NCBI GenBank assembly: GCA_965644295.1
Contig: CBFFRP010000138.1
Location: forward strand, 124,001-188,000
DNA length: 64,000 nucleotides
Source: Paraphysomonas bandaiensis
Lineage: Eukaryota > Protista > Chrysophyceae
Reading direction: 5' to 3'
Made by a program: the position numbers and the translations under genes. A model generated the notes under the pieces. It saw only the letters and a list, made by a program, of their open reading frames with translations, had not been told where the DNA came from and did not search any database. Positions within the stretch are counted from its first letter, which is position 1, and the number at the start of each line of letters is the position of its first letter. This document shows, piece by piece, positions 59,084 through 64,000 of this stretch.

Positions 59084-59886
59084 TTATCTACGTCTTGTCT
59101 TCTTTGAAATCATATCTTCAGTAAATTAAATAAAACCAAATGACGCTATGATTGCTTTTCTGACAACTCGTAATTTCCAATTAGCTTTCACTGCTTGCTT
59201 GGTGTTAATCTATTACATATGATTCCATAATGCTATGTAAATCAATTTTAGGGATGGATTACGAAAGATTCATATCATTTATCTCACACAAGTATAGAGA
59301 TTTCGTGTTATCTTTAACTCTACAGTTACTTAAAACTTAAACTATCATATGGACTCTTTGTAAATATATATATCAGTTACAGTTATATAAGCAACGCATT
59401 ATTTCGCATCGATCATACATTACACACACTCCAATTAGTTCATTATATATATGTAAAGTATATGTATATACATATATACAGTTCATGATTTTTTCTATGT
59501 ACTGTAGACTGTAGTGGTATATCAGCAACAGGATGACCGGCTTGATACATGTCATTCATTATACCGGTATACGTCTAGATGATGGTACATGAGCAAAGGG
59601 ATTATGAAGATTATTGCAAAGCAGTTGTTCCAGATAAGTTAAGTGCTACACATTGATGTGATATCTATGAGCTGATGTCCACTACACTCCATGATCATAA
59701 CCAATTAGATCCAGTCGACCACTACACATATACCTTCTCACACATAAAAGGTACCTCCAGTCGGCCTGAGTCAATTATAACTGCAGTTATGATTTGATAT
59801 CCCAATTTCAATAATTGCCTATTAATTGATACGCAGCCCTGTTAATTTGTCACTAATAATTTGTCATTATAGCATATGTGAAATAG

Positions 59887-62340
59887 CTACACTTGCACTT
59901 GTATCACATTGCGACCACATAGGGCATATATAACATGATCAACTTGAACGTGTACTCGCTTTGCTGCTTCAGCAACAGGACCCAACATTAATTCTTTGTT
60001 TGTCATCTTCTGTAATTTCTCTCCAAAAGCACTATTAACGTGGTCCCTTAATTCCAACATGATGATAGATACGGATGAACTTGCAGTCGGAACAATGATA
60101 ACAGTGTCACACAGTGCATTTGCCCCACTCTGTGGTTGAAATAACAGAACTGCTTGCGACTGCGCTGCTTTTTTAACTAAACTCACAACTTTTTTCACAC
60201 TATCGTAAACACTCACAACATCTCTTTGCAGAGCATTCGGGAATGTTCTACAAAATGACTCCGGAGAAAAGTTCATTTGGCTCATCGCATCAACGAGCTG
60301 GCCATGAAGTGCAACATTATTCTTGGGATTTATCATTACGACTGGGAATATTTGAGGACTTAGTTGAGGAGACACAACCTCGACCTTCTTAAAACGGATT
60401 TCAACGTCATTTAAGTTGAGGATGCAGTTGGGCTGAAAATAGGCGCTCGCTGAAATCGTTTTATCTATCGCAAAACCATTCAAAATGCTGGAAATAGATG
60501 ATGGTAATAGCAATGCAGCTGTTTGTGTGCAAAGCCTGGCAATATCAACGTCAGGGTTGCGGCAAACCGAAACAGCAATATTCAATTCGAGGTGATGGGA
60601 GGGTTTACCGCATGGTCTTGGGCAACGTTTCATACAACCTACTGAAGGTGGCAAAATATCGCTCAACCTTGCTTCGCAAGGGGTGTGATACTCCAACAAA
60701 CATTGGAAGCGCAGTGCAATTGCGTAGGTTACAAAGTCTTTCATAGGTTTTCCAATGTTCTGAACCGTTGCACCCGTAACACAATCGGGAAGTGTGCCAT
60801 TTTGAAGAATGTCGGTGGGTGCTGACTTGAGATTGACATCGCCATCCAAAATGTCTGATTTCACTGCTTTTGATATGAGGGCTCTTTGTACGGTGGTGGG
60901 CCAAGGTATTGAACAGTCTGCTGCACATCCGGCTGAATGCCTTTCACAAGAACCCAAAGCATCAGACAAGAATTGAAATACGCAGTCATTCGCGACCAGG
61001 CTATTACTGCGCAATGACATGACGACTACAGCAACAGCAAACGGAGATAGAGCTTGCTTTCCACCAAGCATAGTAGCAACCTCAGCGTTTCTTGCCTTTT
61101 TTTCAGTATCAAGGCTGCGTGAACAATGCACCATATCTTGCACAAGAAATGCACGTACGTATTCCCATTTTTCGATTGCGTTTAGACTAAGGTTTTTAAC
61201 CCATGCTACAGCTGACGCCGCCTGTTCGAAGTTTTGTGAAAGGTCCATTGCACGATCCAGAGTTGCATTGCGAATGTTGGAATGAAGATTGATTTGTTGT
61301 GCCCAGAGGCCAAGCAAACCAGGGGTAGACTTCGTTAGTACCCACAATAGACCAGGAAATTTCTTATTATTGGCTGCATACGCCCACAACAACTCATGAC
61401 AGAGAGTTTCTTGTTCAGAGTTGGTTATCATTGATAGCGAATAAGCTTGGCACGCAACATCAGACGCAATCACCGCATTGCGTGGAGAATCCGTGAATCC
61501 TGTCATTACAATGCGAATCCAACTGGAGCATGCCCGTGTCAATGAATACAGTGCCCGCCAAAACTTAGCGTTTGTTTCTTTTGAGGTACTCCAAACGTTT
61601 TTCTCATGGTCAGTGAGCTTGCTTACCTCGTCTATGCATATCAGCAGCTTACGCTCTGACTGGGGAAGACCCAGCATGGTCTCGAAATTATGAAGCATTT
61701 CCGTCAGTGATTTGTTGATAAACGGAGAGTTATCCCATAAATCTTCCCAGCGGGAACCACCTATGAGGTCGTGAACCAATCGCAACAAAAATCCACAAAC
61801 TGCCCCATTTGGGGATTTTAATTCTTCATCATGGATTGTGGTGGATGCGTTGTATGTTACGTTGAGAACGCATACTACGTTACCATCGAACTCAAATAAT
61901 TTATCAAGGAGAAGGGATTTGCCATGTCTTGGTGGATTCGAAACGTAAACGAATGGCAAATCATCTTTTGTCCCGTTGCCAGTGCTCACGGTGTTGCTGA
62001 CCAGTGTCATAATATCGCTCGCCCTCTTGTCAAGATCACCTGCAAATGACCAAGTGGGCCTACAAGTTAAACGAGATCTCTGTACTTCCTTAACATCTAA
62101 GATTCGTCGTAGCCAATTGCGACGAACTTCTTGTTTTCTTACTGTCTCTTTAGCACGGTTATAACTTTCAATGATATTGTTATATTCTTCCAGAGGTAAT
62201 TCATCACTTGCATTATGAAGTAGATGAGCAAAATATTCTTTTATAGTTAATTTATTGCTGTAAACATCGTCAACTTCCATTAAAGCTCCCGTTGACCATA
62301 ACTTTAACTTTTCTAAATAATATTGTTTAGCAGATGGCAT
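59887..62340 (-). CDS. Intronless P-loop NTPase + C-terminal restriction-endonuclease-like fold (Crinkler/RHS-type architecture)
   Basis: Walker A NPPRHGKS, Walker B LLICIDE, C-terminal NALCDTVIIV...IIMLELRD. Confidence 0.65.
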   Translation of the reverse strand: MPSAKQYYLEKLKLWSTGALMEVDDVYSNKLTIKEYFAHLLHNASDELPLEEYNNIIESYNRAKETVRKQEVRRNWLRRILDVKEVQRSRLTCRPTWSFAGDLDKRASDIMTLVSNTVSTGNGTKDDLPFVYVSNPPRHGKSLLLDKLFEFDGNVVCVLNVTYNASTTIHDEELKSPNGAVCGFLLRLVHDLIGGSRWEDLWDNSPFINKSLTEMLHNFETMLGLPQSERKLLICIDEVSKLTDHEKNVWSTSKETNAKFWRALYSLTRACSSWIRIVMTGFTDSPRNAVIASDVACQAYSLSMITNSEQETLCHELLWAYAANNKKFPGLLWVLTKSTPGLLGLWAQQINLHSNIRNATLDRAMDLSQNFEQAASAVAWVKNLSLNAIEKWEYVRAFLVQDMVHCSRSLDTEKKARNAEVATMLGGKQALSPFAVAVVVMSLRSNSLVANDCVFQFLSDALGSCERHSAGCAADCSIPWPTTVQRALISKAVKSDILDGDVNLKSAPTDILQNGTLPDCVTGATVQNIGKPMKDFVTYAIALRFQCLLEYHTPCEARLSDILPPSVGCMKRCPRPCGKPSHHLELNIAVSVCRNPDVDIARLCTQTAALLLPSSISSILNGFAIDKTISASAYFQPNCILNLNDVEIRFKKVEVVSPQLSPQIFPVVMINPKNNVALHGQLVDAMSQMNFSPESFCRTFPNALQRDVVSVYDSVKKVVSLVKKAAQSQAVLLFQPQSGANALCDTVIIVPTASSSVSIIMLELRDHVNSAFGEKLQKMTNKELMLGPVAEAAKRVHVQVDHVIYALCGRNVIQVQV

Positions 62341-62619
62341 GGTGATGAAAAGGATGAATCAATTGTATAGGATAGAATATCTCTTGTATAGTTTGTGCTT
62401 AAATAGTTAAGTTTGAAGTCACATGGTATCTTAAAGGTCTAATGCGAGTAAGACTATCTAGCTAGAACACTACGATACGAACATACATAACATTACAGGC
62501 AGGAGGATTCGATGGAAACAACAGACAGATTTCAGTTTTTCCTTCCAAAAATCCCTTGTTTTTTTGACTTTTTTCATTATTTTTTGGTGTTTTACATACA
62601 TACACAGAGTACCTACCAA

Positions 62620-63079
62620 CAAACCTACCTATACTACCTATACATACCTACCTACCTATACATACCTACCTACCTACAGTACCTACCTACCTACCTACCT
62701 ACCTACCTACCTACCTACATACATACATACATACATACATACATACATACATACATACATACATACATACATACATGTATGTACATACATACATACATAC
62801 ATACATACATACATACATACATACATACATACATACATACATACATACATACATACATACATACATACATACATACATACATACATACATACATACATAC
62901 ATACATACATACATACATACATACATACATACATACATACATACATACATGTATGTACATACATACATACATACATACATACATACATACATACATACAT
63001 ACATACATACATACATACATACATACATACATACATACATACATACATACATACATACATACATACATACATACATACA

Positions 63080-63108
<29 letters not shown>
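62620..63108. repeat. (TACC)n/(TACA)n compound microsatellite
   Basis: Direct reading. Confidence 0.97.
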
Positions 63109-63111
<3 letters not shown>

Positions 63112-63243
63112 ATTGTGGTGATTTCTACTGATGGTTTCTGTATATTACTATTACAATCACTCATCTCTTCTAACCATAAGTGGTTGATTCCCACTCAATT
63201 AAATCTCAATAACAATACAACATCTTACAATCACACTGTAACA

Positions 63244-64000
63244 ATGTTTAATATTCAGATTTATATTGCGAAGGCTATACGTACAAAGGGTCTATGGGGA
63301 TCAATTATGGAGTTTTATACTGTATGTATCTCATATATATACATTCAGTTCATTAATATATGTATATATATACAGTATGGTCATCTTAAATTCGGTGAAT
63401 TAAAAGGAACGGATGCATTTGGTAATAAGTATTATGAGGTAAGTGGAGTGAATATGTATGTCACTGATGTGTCTTATGCTGCACTCTGCACTATATAGAG
63501 CTTAGATGAGCCTATGTACCAGCACCGATGGGTTGAATATAAAGATCCCCATAACTTTGATCCCACAATGATTCAGCCTGAGTAAGTGTTTGAACTCTGT
63601 ATATTTTTGTGTTGTATGTAATTATCCTTATCGCATTATAACTAATGTTGATTAGATGGCACGGGTGGATGCATCATACGTTTGATGAAGTGCCCGGTGA
63701 GGAGCCTAGACACCCGAAGCTTCCTATTGAGATCCAAAGAGGAGCGAACTCTATTTACAACACCCATGTGTACAAGTCAAATGTTAAACCGATATTGCAG
63801 CACAACACTTCCCAATTGAGGTAAATATATATTCTTCGTCAATAGGCACAATTTGACGGTGATGTTGTGTACCCACTATGATATTTGTAAGTATGTGTAT
63901 TGGCACTAATGTGTTGTGTAGGCAGCGGGGTTGGCAGATAGGGTCACTACAGACTGGTCCAGGGGAACCTGACCAGTACTACTTACATGACGGCCACCCG
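63244..64000 (+). CDS. NDUFA12: NADH dehydrogenase subunit NDUFA12 (B17.2), multi-exon, runs off the window
   Basis: GELKGTDAFGNKYYE, HRWVEY, IQPEWHGWMHH. Confidence 0.92.

Overview
AT-rich eukaryotic genomic DNA with short GT-AG introns, probably a protist (stramenopile-like is an inference only). (1) 1-18.7 kb: a degenerate Mutator-like element, then a tandem cluster of four intronless F-box + 29-aa ankyrin-type repeat genes. These have a nearly invariant scaffold with hypervariable positions, show repeat shuffling, and share a +1 frameshift that ends every ORF and leaves out-of-frame repeats downstream. A 2.8-kb TIR element precedes copy 4. (2) 19-50 kb: mostly head-to-head housekeeping genes: AGC-like kinase, glutaredoxin-like domain + thioredoxin reductase selenoprotein (GCUG end, SECIS), F-box protein, RanBP2-ZnF protein with an in-frame TAG, EngB GTPase, CEP44, RFC-like/ZnF protein, RRP46, RNASEK-like and cyclin Y. 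One intron of the reductase holds a 168-bp tandem array in which each unit is a complete box C/D'/C'/D snoRNA-like gene (10 copies). (3) 50-64 kb: a young Ty3/Gypsy chromovirus whose 4-bp TSD is the ATGG start of an HNH-nuclease gene, a hAT-like non-autonomous element, an intronless NTPase + restriction-fold (Crinkler-like) gene and NDUFA12. Exon boundaries were read by eye and may be off by a few bases. No database searches were run.
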